The notes beneath the pieces were generated by a model. The model did not search any database, was not told the origin of the DNA, and saw nothing but the letters and a program-made list of their open reading frames with translations. Of a stretch of DNA of 64,000 bases, positions 25,172 to 36,897 are shown in pieces. The translations under genes were made by a program, and so were the position numbers. Positions within the stretch are counted from its first letter, which is position 1, and the number at the start of each line of letters is the position of its first letter. The DNA comes from Eledone cirrhosa (lineage: Eukaryota), in the NCBI GenBank assembly GCA_964016885.1, contig OZ024740.1:397482001-397546000 (forward strand), read 5' to 3'.

Positions 25172-25384
25172 GTGAATATTTCAAAGCTATGGAAAATATG
25201 GAGAAGTACTATCATTTAACTGCTTATAAAGACTGGACATCTAAAAATGGAGTTAATTTAAATACCCAAGCAACTCTTCACCTCTGTGACATTTATACCA
25301 ATATTGCAAATAATATGGAAAAGAATCAACGTTTTGACAATGCTTTACAATATTTACTGAAGGCTCATGAAAAAGCAGTGGAAA
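25172..25384 (+). CDS. TTC29: TTC29 coding exon 4
   Basis: EYFKAMENMEKYYHLTAYKDW...ALQYLLKAHEKAVE. Boundaries TTGCAG| and A|GTAATT. Confidence 0.92.
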
Positions 25385-25711
25385 GTAATTTTGTTTGTTT
25401 TTTTATTTTGCTATTTTATTTCTTTTCAATATTTATCTGGCAAAATGATTAAATTTTAAAAAAACCAGTTGGAGAAGATCACTAACTATGTCTATAAATA
25501 ACCAAGACCCCTCACACCCCAACTAAACATTCTTCTACGTACTTCTTATTCTCATACAAGCGTTTTCTTTGCAGCTATCTTGACTGCTTTGTCACTATTG
25601 TGCAACTATCTTCCACTATCAAACAAGACACTAACACTGCAACAAGCATATTATTTCCATCAGACAACATCATTATATATCACATTAAAGAGTTTATCCT
25701 CTGTTTTTCAG

Positions 25712-25797
25712 GTAAAGACAATAAAATTGTTGGTGAAGCTGTATATCGATTGGGTTTAGCTTATATAAAAACTGAAGAACCTGACATAGCTCTTCCT
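25712..25797 (+). CDS. TTC29: TTC29 coding exon 5
   Basis: KDNKIVGEAVYRLGLAYIKTEEPDIALP, a TPR helix. Boundaries TTTCAG| and |GTAGGT. Confidence 0.9.
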
Positions 25798-26580
25798 GTA
25801 GGTAATCTGTATATTTTTCTTCATTAATCATATTTTTCATATTTTCAATATTAACTGTTATACTTACACTAAAACAGTTTTAACAAGCTAGATAGGTTGG
25901 ATTTTACTTTAGCCAAAGGCCTTTTCATTTTCTTCAACTGCTTCTAAAGCAAATGGATGCAAATACAGATACTTATTTTCTAAAATTGACTGTTATAGAG
26001 ACCAGCCATAGAAAGTTTGCCAAACGAAGGGTTGGGAAAACCTTCAGTTTTGTCAAGGCATGACAAAATCTCTCCTGTGCACTCAGTAGAATGTGAGACC
26101 GTACATAAGTGAGATCCAGGTCCATAGCCTGTCTGGGAGATCAGTGGCCCCACATTAGTATTGATTTGGTCTATGTGGACCCATCCAATCCTTGCTTGCA
26201 GGGAAAGCAGACATTAAAATGACAATGATGATGATTTGGAAGGATTTAGTAATATAACTATCATTCTTGTTATTAAGTTTGTATTCAGAGGATAACTTAA
26301 CAAAGATTGTTACATAAAATTATGATGGAATATATTTAGATAAATTATTAACACTTCAAACAAGTAGTTTGGTATTAAAAGGCAAAGTCAAATTTTAAAA
26401 AAAAATAATAAAAATGCCCTACCAAGAAAAAATTCCTCGCACTTTGATAAATTCAACACTGATAAAATGAGTTTATTAATCCACTAGGAATAAAATTCTT
26501 TTAAACTTATTTTTATTTACTGGCATGATAAAGTCAAATAGATTATATTTTTGGTATATTTTCTTATTTTCTCCCTGCAG

Positions 26581-26672
26581 TTCTTGAAAGAATTCTTACA
26601 AGTAACAGAGGAATACAAAGATGTTGAAGGAATGGGGCGAGCAACAGAAGCTATTGCTCGAGCTTATCAATT
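26581..26672 (+). CDS. TTC29: TTC29 coding exon 6 (not in the ORF track)
   Basis: FLKEFLQVTEEYKDVEGMGRATEAIARAYQ. Boundaries CTGCAG| and TT|GTAAGA, with consistent phases. Confidence 0.9.
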
Positions 26673-27453
26673 GTAAGAGTTCATTATTTAAAATGTCATT
26701 GAGATAAATGTCCCTACAAGCAGAAGTATGCATATAGTTAAGCACAGAGGGAAATTAATCTACCCTGAATAGGACATCATACTATTACTGGCAACATACC
26801 CAGGAGATATGTTAATAACAACTGGATGAATCAAGCTGGAAAAAAAGCCCAGGAACAGAGTGAATAGAATAAAGAACAGGATATAATATATTGAAATAAA
26901 GAATAGAATTAAGATTATAATAGAAATGCAGAGAAAAAGTACATAACTAATGGAATAACAATAGAATTAGGATTATAATAGAATAGCATAAAAGAAGTAC
27001 AACCACAATGGAATAATAAGAGAATAAAGGCTAAGAGATTTAAAAAGCATGTAACAAGCTTGAACTCAAGATATATGAATTGGTAATTCAATATCTTATT
27101 CATTCCAATAAATCTTTTATAATTAACCTTTGCATGTTTAATCACATTAAATGTTACATTAGGAAATGCTTAATATTGTGAACAATAGAACTAATTAGAT
27201 ATGTATACAGTTATACACTTAAACAGGCTGACAAATATAATTTTTATTAGAACTTAAATAAAATATCTCCTAAATACATATATATATGACCTCGAAGCAA
27301 TAACAAATTGTATTTTCATTTTTGATTCACCATATTTATATTTATTAATGGGACATTAGATGTGGACTATTATCTTCCATGAAAAAGATGGCAGACAGAA
27401 TACAACTGAATTGAAAAAACAGCTGACATTAATAACACCATGTGATGAATGTA

Positions 27454-27842
27454 CAGGGTGGTCTGAAAGTCTTGTCACCCTCAACCACGTCTTTTGTCCA
27501 TGTCGTTATCGCTTAGTTCGTTGACGAATGTTGGCTTAAACAATTAAAATTATTATTTATTATAATTAATGATATTATATATTATATTATTAAAACAAAA
27601 AATAATTGTTTCTACAAGGCCAGCAATGCATTACTGGTACTTTATTTTATCGACCCCGTAAAGATGAAAGGCAAAGTCAACCTCGGCGGGATTTGAACTC
27701 AGATCGTAAAGGGATGTAACTATGCTGGAAAGCATGGCGTCCGACTCTCTACCGATACTGCCAATCCACCACCGCCATTAAAACAAAAAATAATGAAAGT
27801 TAAAATAATATGTTGGGGTGACCAGACTTTCGGACCACCCTG
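27454..27842. mobile_element. Tc1/mariner-type MITE with TA TSD and a nested SINE
   Basis: TA|CAGGGTGGTCTGAAAGTCTTGTCACCC ... GGGTGACCAGACTTTCGGACCACCCTG|TA, a 27-bp TIR with 2 mismatches. Confidence 0.92.
27607..27776 (-). mobile_element. tRNA-derived SINE with a Meta/MESC-like core (over 15 copies, e.g. ~29063, 29843, 36023, 41086, 43333, 43962, 45547, 52352, 62523, 63060)
   Basis: B-box GAGTTCAAATCCCG and core GCCTTTCATC(C/T)TTACGGGGTCGATAAAATAAAGTACCAG. 18-bp TSD at 27589-27606 and 27777-27794. Confidence 0.9.
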
Positions 27843-28036
27843 TATGAGAGACCAATATGTTTGCATAAACACATAAAGTGAATGGGCAGCACTTGTTGGA
27901 TGAAAAGTTACTTTGTGTTGATTTTGAGAGGTACTTGTGGTAGAGAAAGTAAAAAAAAACATAGCAAGGTCACATTTCAAGATGTTGAGCTTCACAGAAT
28001 AATACACCCTTGCAAGCAGGGAAAAGCGGACGTAAA

Positions 28037-28071
<35 letters not shown>

Positions 28072-28801
28072 GCAGAGTGGCAATATTCTTTACTACAGAC
28101 CATATATCATAACTTGAGAAAATGAATGTTAAAACAATAGTGATGAAAATGTGATATATCTTTACTGATATCTTTAAAGCAATGACTCATTTGTTGCTCT
28201 AAAACTGCTGTATTTATAACTCTTCATGGATTCTACAAAAAGTATCATATTTGGTGTCGGAGGCATAGCAATAGAGGAGGTAATTGAGTCACATCCTCTC
28301 TGGACACAGGAGTGAACGATCACAAAATTTCCTCTGACTTATCATGCCTGTTAATTAAGACAAGGTTCACACAACATACCTTTGACCACCAACCATTGAG
28401 AACCTTTGCTATGCCACTATTTGGTATACAGTTATTTTGGTGGAAGATTATACAAACTATATTCCATATATACATACTAAATAAAAAATACATTTCTACC
28501 ACATTAACAATGTACTGATTCTACAATAGCATATTATTTTTCTCAATATATTTCTGATTATTGATTAGCCTCGATTTATCGAAAAGAAGAGCCACTCTTT
28601 TGTCATGTCCCCATTCTGTCAGAACGGGGTTATGTTGTTTTCTTTTTTATCACAACATTTAATTTAACTGAGTGTTCCTAACTATAAATGTGATACTAGT
28701 TTGATTTATGTCTTAACCAATTGAAGTAACATTTGAAATTGTTTTAGGAACCAAATTATGTTTAAAACTTTTAAAATATCATGCTTTTTTTTTTTTCTCA
28801 G

Positions 28802-28925
28802 AAAGGGTAATATTGATGAATGCATCAGATATTTAAAGTTTGCTGTTGAGATTGCTGAAAAAAGTGGCCAACAAAAAGCCTTCAGTATGGCATGTCACCA
28901 TTTAGGTTGTATATACAATTCTTTG
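28802..28925 (+). CDS. TTC29: TTC29 coding exon 7
   Basis: KGNIDECIRYLKFAVEIAEKSGQQKAFSMACHHLGCIYNSL. Boundaries TCTCAG| and TTG|GTAAGC. Confidence 0.92.
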
Positions 28926-29329
28926 GTAAGCTATAATTCTTAACAATGGTTTTCACTCCTATTCCACAGTTAAGGGGTTTGCAGTAAAAATGGTATATTG
29001 TTCCAATCATAATTATTTATATAAAACAACAATAGTTATTTCCATAATTTATAATAATAATGGTTTCTACTTTAGGCACAAGGTCAGCAATTTGGGGGGA
29101 GGGGTCGATTAAATTGATCCCAGTGCATTACTGGTGCTTATTTTATCGGCCCCTTAAAGATGAAAGGCAAAGCTAACCTTGACAGGATTTGAAGTTAGAA
29201 CATAAAGGGCTGTAACTCTATGCCACTAAGCATGTTGTCCGACGCTCTACCGATTCTGCCAATCCACCGCCCTAATAATAATGGACGTTAAACAATGATG
29301 GTGATGATGAATAAGCTGTTAACACAAAT

Positions 29330-29840
29330 ATATGTCTGAGAGTAATGAGCCAATGCTTAAGGCTGTATTGAAGGAAGAGACAATAGACCAGGGGATGTCC
29401 AAGAAAGATGTAACAACAAAGAAGAAGAACAACCTGAATAAAAAGGCTTTTTGATGAAAACAGAATTCGGAGATCCACAGACATGGAACTGGTTAAAGGA
29501 AGGGGACCTTAAGAAAGCCACAGGGGGAATACTACTAGCTGCATATTAGCAAGCCCTTAGAACGAATGTGATTAAACACCATATTGACAAGGAGGAGGTT
29601 AGCCCGCTCTGTAGGATCTGTGGAGAGAAAGAGGAAACTGTGGCTTACATCTGAGTGTAAACAGCTAACCCACTTTCACTATAAAGGATGGAGGTATGAT
29701 ATAGAAAAAGTGATTCACTGGCATTTATGCAGACTGAATACCGCATTCTAAGAAATGGTATGAGCATAAGCCAGAGTCGGTGATAGAAAACGACTGGGTG
29801 AAGGTGCTGTGGGATTTTAGGATACAAATGGACAAAGAAT
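29330..29840 (+). mobile_element. R4/Dong-like non-LTR retrotransposon fragment
   Basis: TWNWLKEGDLKKATGGILLAAY*QALRTN, SPLCRICGEKEETVAYI and WYEHKPESVIENDWVKVLWDF: the zinc knuckle and lead-in to a restriction-like endonuclease. Confidence 0.8.
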
Positions 29841-30639
29841 AATGGTTTCTGATTTTGGCACAAAGCCAACATTTATTTTTTCTTTGGGGACAGTCTATTA
29901 AATCGATCCCAGTGTGTTACTAGTATTTTATTGACCTCATAAAGATGAAAGGAAAAGCTAACCATGGCAGGATTTGAATCAGAACATAAAGGACCATAAC
30001 TCAATGCCACAAAGGATGTTGTTCAATGCTCTACTACTACTACTACTAATACACTCTAACCTGAAAAGAGAAACATTATTAAACATTTTTTTAAAATGTT
30101 CTCATATTATATCAATAAACAATTAAATATTACATAATTGTTTCTACTTTTGGCACAAGACCAACAATTACCCAGTGCATTACTGGTACTTTATTTTATC
30201 GACCCCCGTAAGGATGAAAGGCATAATATTAGTAAGTCAGAATCAGTCCTGTATGTGCAAGACATGGTCACCTGACCTAGCATTGCCCACAACAGGACAA
30301 CCTATCTAACCCATGCTAGCATGGAAAATGGACGTAAACATCCAGCCCACACTAAATGTAGTTAGTGCGAGGAAGGGCACCCAGTCATAGAAAACTATCC
30401 AGAAACAGGGTCACCCGACCCAACTTACCTCTAAATGGGACAAACCCGACTAACCCATGCTAGCATGGAAGATAGACGTTAAATGGTGATGATGCTTAGT
30501 AATAAAATACAGATTCACTGAAACTCAGCGATTTCAGATAATGTGAAAATCAACATACTAATTGAAGACTTAGAGTGATGAAGAATATGTCCCACATATG
30601 GAATCCTAAATAATTATAGAGACACATACAACACTTCAT

Positions 30640-31250
30640 CCACTGCATGCAGTTCTCTGGCTACAAAGAGACAGGGTCAGGGTGTATAAAGGAGCCAGGT
30701 CTAAATGGATGAATATCATACAAAATGAATGGGGCTTGCCCCATGTATAGGAGCAAATTTTGGAGTTGGATAGAAAGAACTAAGAAAAAGACAAATAAGA
30801 TCAACCCATGTTATGATTGCAACAAATACTTGACTGTAATGTTCATCAATGCTACCCACAGAGGTGAACTAGCATGCAGATTTAGAAGGGCTCTAGACAA
30901 ATTGAAATTAAATATTAAGATAGTAGAAAAACCAGGTATAAGAGCCCTGATTAGTAGAACGTATCTTTTGAGAAAAGCCCCTGCACTGATAGAGAATGTA
31001 TAGTCGGTAGATTAAGCCCACAGATTAACTGTATATACTATAACAGATTATAGTGTATAGCATAAGATGCATGGAGGGACAGTGTAGGAATAGGAACACA
31101 ACTTATATAAGTGAGACAGCTCGTAGCATAGGAGAAAGGATGAAAGAAACACCAAAATGGGAAAAACTCATCAGTACTCCACCAACATGCCAGAATAGAA
31201 CATGGGGGCTCACTAGAGAATATTGAGATAAAAATTATATTCACACACAG
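30640..31250 (+). mobile_element. Penelope-like element fragment (linker and GIY-YIG endonuclease)
   Basis: VMFINATHRGELA...IKIVEKPG, a Cys-rich linker, IVYSIRC, TYISETARSIGERMKE and SVLHQHARIEHGG. Confidence 0.78.
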
Positions 31251-31470
31251 ATAAAGGCATAAAAGGCAAAGTTGACTTTGACAGGATTTGAACTCAAAAC
31301 ACAGTGATCTGAAACAAATATTGTAGCACATTCTATTTACCAATGTTAAATTGAATCATGAAAGGTCAGTTTTCATGAACAGTATTCTCTTTAATACTTT
31401 ACTTTGTCTACTCACATTCCTGGACTGAATAATGGAGGATTAATTTGATTGTCTGATTCTTTTCTTTCAG

Positions 31471-31746
31471 TGTTTGCATTCTCATGCTGTTGAGTACTTC
31501 AACAAGGCATACAATATATCTCGAGCTTTGAATGACACTTCTTCCTTAAATGCTAACCGCGTGCATTTTGGTATTTCATTGGCTCATAAGATGAATGATG
31601 GATACATGCGCCACGTATTTGCTCCAATATTGAAACCTGGTAATGCTTTGCTTCAATGGAAATGTTTTAGAACAGAAGATTTTGCTATTGAAAAATATAG
31701 CGAAACGGCTTTATTTGGGAATGACACAAACACAAGCGATGACTAA
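31471..31746 (+). CDS. TTC29: TTC29 coding exon 8 (stop codon)
   Basis: AVEYFNKAYNIS...RVHFGISLAHKM...LLQWK matches recalled KVHYGIAKAHQM...LLSWK. The eight exons total 1371 nt = 456 aa plus stop. Confidence 0.92.
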   Translation, partial: CLHSHAVEYFNKAYNISRALNDTSSLNANRVHFGISLAHKMNDGYMRHVFAPILKPGNALLQWKCFRTEDFAIEKYSETALFGNDTNTSDD

Positions 31747-32696
31747 GTCATCTATATTATCAAATTAAAGGTAAAGATTTTTTATATTTCTGCTTCTGAA
31801 TATATATGGACCTGTGACTCCTGATGGAGTTGTAGGAGTGGCATACTGACATAGTGTTTTGGGGGCATTTCAAACGCGGCAGAGCCTATCAAGTCTGAAC
31901 ACAGCCAATTTCTTCCAGAGAAAGATAGAGAGGAAGTGAGAAAGAGATAACGAGGAACAATCGACATCAATACTGAACTATGACTTTTTTATTGACCTCA
32001 ACAGGTTTTGAACTAACACTGTAAAACATTCTATTTGACAGTTCACCTCCTGCTTATGAATAGTTCCTCTTTAAAAAAGAATACTAATTTGTTTCCAATT
32101 CATGTTAATTCAATGTATAATTAAGTAAATAGCTTGTATTTTGATGTTCAACAGGTATGATTTTCCTGTGCCTTTCAATCCTAATATGTATATTAACATG
32201 TATCAATGTTAAATGATGTGAAGCATGAAGATTTGTGAGCACCATATAAGAATACAATTTACTACATGAATGCTAGAGCAATAGTCCAAAACTTTTAGCC
32301 ACAACACATACACATGCACAAATACACACATCTTCATCATCATCATCACCATCACCATTTTATATCTATTTTCCATGCATGCATGGGATAGACAGGTTGT
32401 CATTTTCAGAGACACAACCAAGCAGATGGCTGTTTCTTCCTCTTACATTCCATTATGGCATGGCTTTTATGGCAGGATGCCCTTCTTTATGTTAACCACT
32501 TTACAGCATGTTTTTTATCATGGCACTGCTGCTACCACTATATGACACAACAATATATAAGTCGGAGCATTTGCATCACACTTACTTATATTCTTGCACT
32601 CTAATGAATACTCAGACAGGCTGGGGGACCACACCTCGCTTACGTGTGTTAGTTTGACTATATATATGTGTATATATGTATTGTATATAAAGTATA

Positions 32697-32929
32697 AATG
32701 AATTGAGAGAGAAACTGAGCATAGGAGGAATCAAATGCTGTGTGCAGGAGAGGCGGTTGCGTTGGTATGGACATGTGATGCGTATGAAGGATGACAGCTG
32801 CATAAAAAGGTGCAGAGCACTAGAAGTCGATGGAAACCGCGGAGTGGGGAGACCCAAGATGACCTGGGATGAGGTGATAAAAGCCGACCTTACCCAATTA
32901 CACCTCTCAAAGGCGATGACACACGACCC
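32697..32929 (+). mobile_element. Internal fragment of the young RTE family
   Basis: Near-identical to the reverse complement of 2567-2796. Both ends are truncated. Confidence 0.9.
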
Positions 32930-35389
32930 TTAGAATCTAACTAATAATTGTTCATGGAAACCACTGCGTATTTGCAGAATCATAAATATCTTTCGTGATT
33001 TCTTTTTATGGCTTTTTTCGTGGCAATATATATATTTTTAATGCTAGATTATTAATAACAATATGACAACCTATTGGACGTCCCTACGCATAAGACGGTC
33101 TCTCTTGTTTTATTTAAACTTATGTTGGTGCCACAACATCCAGTCCAAACTAATGAGATCATGTAGGTGTCACGACAAAAAAAAACACACAGTCCATCAT
33201 ACTGTAATGTGGCCATGTAGGAAATACAGTAAAAAGTTCCCAGTCCACACTGTAAATGTGGTTGGCGTTAGGAAGGGCATCCAGCTGTAGAAAACCTGCC
33301 AGAGTGTCCTATACGAACGAGACACTGTCACCCGACCAATCTTGCCTCAAGTAGGACAACTCCCATCTAACCCATGCTAGCGTGGAAGATAGACGTTAAA
33401 CGATGATGATGATGTTGATTTTACAATATATTTTGACGTTTATAGGCGTTTTTATGGACCACGTCCCATATTCGCAATTTTTCACTCTAGGAACGTAGCC
33501 CTCACAAATACCAGGGGGACTACTGTATATAGTGAAGCAAAGCTTGTTGAAGCCATGCTACATGCACTTATATCCATTCACTGAATCATCTTCATCTCCT
33601 TCTACCATTATCAGTATCTTGCTTCCTTTTTCTTTAACTAAATAATTCATCCAATCATTCTTCTACAGAAGGCATTCTTCTTATATATATATATAGTATT
33701 ATTCACCTAACCACTAACCTATTAACCTGCATAATTCAAACTTAACATTATCCACACTATCCTCTCCCAGTCATCACAGCTCAATTTCTTAGAAAATCTA
33801 CATAAGAGATGTGTATGACTCTTTCATATCAGAATAACAAATTGAAAAAGAAATTTTACATGTGCTTCAGATGTCTTGAACTTATGTTTTATATTTTTTA
33901 ACATATTTTACTTTTTAACAGATTCTGGAGCAAGGAATTCTAGGTTAACCAAGGTATATAACTGGAAGAAGTTTTCTCAAAAGAATGTTTGCAAAAATGT
34001 GTTCACGTTAAATACTTCAGTAATAAAGTTATTAACATATCCTAATATATTTGCTGTCTTGTTGGGTTTTTTTTTTTACTTACCATATATACCTGGATAT
34101 AATCTGTGCCAAATATAAGCCAACCCTACCTATTTTATGTCTGAAAAATGGGCAAAATCCAAACCCTGTTTATAAGCCAAGGCAGCTAATCAACATATTA
34201 TGTTTAGATGGTGATTTTGAAATTCTTGTGAGTATAAAATATATTTATGATGTTTGAATATTTTGATGTTTAAGATTTAAGTGCCATTTAGAGTATAGTT
34301 TTTGTTTCGCAACTCCATTACATAATGACTTTTTACCATTTCATCCATTTTATAAAATTTCAGCAGATTTCTTAAATTTTTACTTCTGGCCAGTCACGTG
34401 TTAGGAGTACTTTGAAAGCAAGAAGTCAAGTAAGAGAACTTTGTATAGGGATTCATAGAGAAGAGGGAGAGAGAGACTGCAAGTGTGAGAGAGGAGAGGC
34501 AGAGTGAGAAAAAAAGAGAGTGAGAACAATAAAGTACAAGGCAAAATATTGACTTTGAACATATGTTTACCAGCCACCTACATTTTAACATTGATTTTTT
34601 TTTTTTGTCACATTTCTCAGCTTATATGAGTATATACAGTAATTTATTTCTACAACTTCTCAAAATGTATGTGTGTATTTTCTTTGTTGATATACATCAG
34701 CAAAACATGTTAATATTTGAATAAATTTTGAATAAATGTACTCTGCACGATATTTATTTCATCGGTTGCACAAACACTTCTTTACTCAACAGTCATCACA
34801 TTACATGTTATGTGTATGAAGGATTATAGTTACTCACATCACATACCTTTTATTTCCAGTTTTTCTCTCAGCCCATCTGTCCTTCATGCACAATAATGTT
34901 ACAGGACCGAGACCGTGTTACATAGTAATACAGAAGACCCGACTGCCCATAGGTGCAGGTTGAAGCTGAAGCATATAGACAGTATGCTCCCACTGTAAAG
35001 TGGTCGTGTAGGTGTCACAACAAAAAGCACCCAGTACTCACTGTAAATGAGGTTGGCATTAGGAAGGACATCCAGCTGTAGAAATCAAGCCAAAATCAGT
35101 TATGTATGAGCAAGACAGTCACCTGACCTGGCATGCCCACAACAGGACAACTCATCAAACCAATGCTAGCATGAAAAAATGGACGTAAAACGATGAGGAT
35201 GATGATGATTCAGCAGAGTATGCTAGCTGTATTTCTTTCCAGCGTTACAAAATGAATAAATATCCAGAGCTTGATTAAATTTTGAGACATTAGGAAAGGC
35301 AAAGTAAGATTGCACTAAAAATAGAAGAGGATAATATGTTAGAATATTACAATCTGCAGAATTTTAATTTGGGCAGTAAATTTAATGTC

Positions 35390-35822
35390 AATCAGTTCAA
35401 CACCATCACAAAGTCTTTGTGTACATTTGGGCTAGGTCTCTGGTTTGAGAATAACTTTCATTCTTCTTCCCATCATCACAAAGGTGTTAAAAAAATAAAG
35501 GGCCATAGGTACTGTATGTCTTTCTCTGATTAAGCAGTAAAAAATAAATTATAATGGAATAAAATAAACTTTGAGGTATCTTATGGATGGTGGCAGATGA
35601 AAACATCCCATTTACCACCCTTTACATTTCCTTCCTGTTCACGTCTCTCTCTCTCTCTCTCTCTCTCCTGAACAGTTAGTAAATTTAAAATTATTAATGA
35701 CTATGTACAAAGGCTCTATACTTTAGAAGAGAAATAAGTAATGTAATGGCTATCCTTTTCTCCCAAGGTTTAAATGAAATTACTTCAACTGGATGCTGAA
35801 AGTATGCTGTAGTTTCAGCTTG
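35390..35822 (+). repeat. ~430-bp direct duplication, copy 2 (copy 1 at 11645-12073)
   Basis: Direct alignment by eye. The internal (CT)n length differs between copies. Confidence 0.92.
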
Positions 35823-36155
35823 CTGTGAGTTTATTTTGCTACAAACTAACTGTAAGGTTCAGAATTGAACAGTACAAATGGCACCTAGCAGTAAATCATG
35901 CTTCAACAGGTCTTGAAATTCATTAAAGTGATCTCCTACTTATATTTGTACATTATTCTATATACTATACATACCTTTGATGAGTTGTAGTGCACCTGAA
36001 CACTGTACACAATAACTTTCATTCCCGCCGAGGTTAACTTTTTTTTTCATCCTTACGGGGTCGATAAAATAAAGTACCAGTAATGTACTGGGAAATTGCT
36101 GGCCTTGTGCCAAAAGTAAAAACAATTATTATCAATATTATTATATTGATATTAG

Positions 36156-36366
36156 CCCTTTCATGATTGCATTTCTAATAAAATACACTCTATTTCAATT
36201 AATTAATTAATTATTTTGATGGATTTACTTAAATTATTAATTATTTAATATATGGTCCTTATATAAAATTATGTTGGAAGTTTTAATTTAAATTGGAAAC
36301 CTTTAAAATGGGTATTTTTATTTCATAGAACCAGAGCTGGTTTTGGCAGGATTGGTAACAAAAGGG
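36156..36366. mobile_element. piggyBac-like MITE (inverted relative at ~52103-52345)
   Basis: Termini TTAG|CCCTTT ... AAAAGGG|TTAA. GGATTGGTAACAAAAGGG mirrors CCTTTTGATACCAATC at 52103. Confidence 0.55.
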
Positions 36367-36459
36367 TTAAATTAAATGTGGAACTGATAAGTTCAAACCT
36401 TGCTATAGCTGCTGTGCTGCACCCTTTAGATAAGGCCATTAGGAATACTGTTTTGTTTA

Positions 36460-36897
36460 GTATTTTCATTTTTAATTTATCATATTCATATTTATTAATG
36501 GGACATTAGATATGGACTATTATCTTCCATGAAAAAATGGCAGACAGAATACAACTGAATTGAAAAAGCAATTGACATTAATAACATCATGCGATGAATG
36601 AGAGATCAATATGTTTGCATAAACACATAAAGTGAATGGGGAGCACTTGTTGGGTGAAAAGTTGTTTTGTGTTGATTTTGAGAGGTACTTGTGGTAAAGA
36701 AAGTAAAAAAAAACATAGCACGGTCAAGTTTCAAGATGTTGAGCTTCACAGAATAATACAGGATGAAGCAGAGTGGCAATATTCTTTACTACAGACCATA
36801 TATATCATAACTTGAGAAAATGAATGTTAAAACAATAGTGTTGAAAATGTGATATATCTTTACTGATATCTTTAAAGCAATGACTCATTTGTTGCTC
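36460..36897 (+). repeat. Copy of a TTC29 intron segment flanked by a 31-bp direct repeat
   Basis: CCATTAGGAATACTGTTTTGTTTAGTATTTT occurs at 36436-36466 and 36907-36937. Confidence 0.9.

Larger units (their letters stand above)
27310..28199 (+). repeat. Intronic segment duplicated at 36460-36897; this copy carries two extra insertions
   Basis: Colinear from GTATTTTCATTTTT to TGACTCATTTGTTGCTC once the MITE and a short RTE-type tail are removed. Confidence 0.92.
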
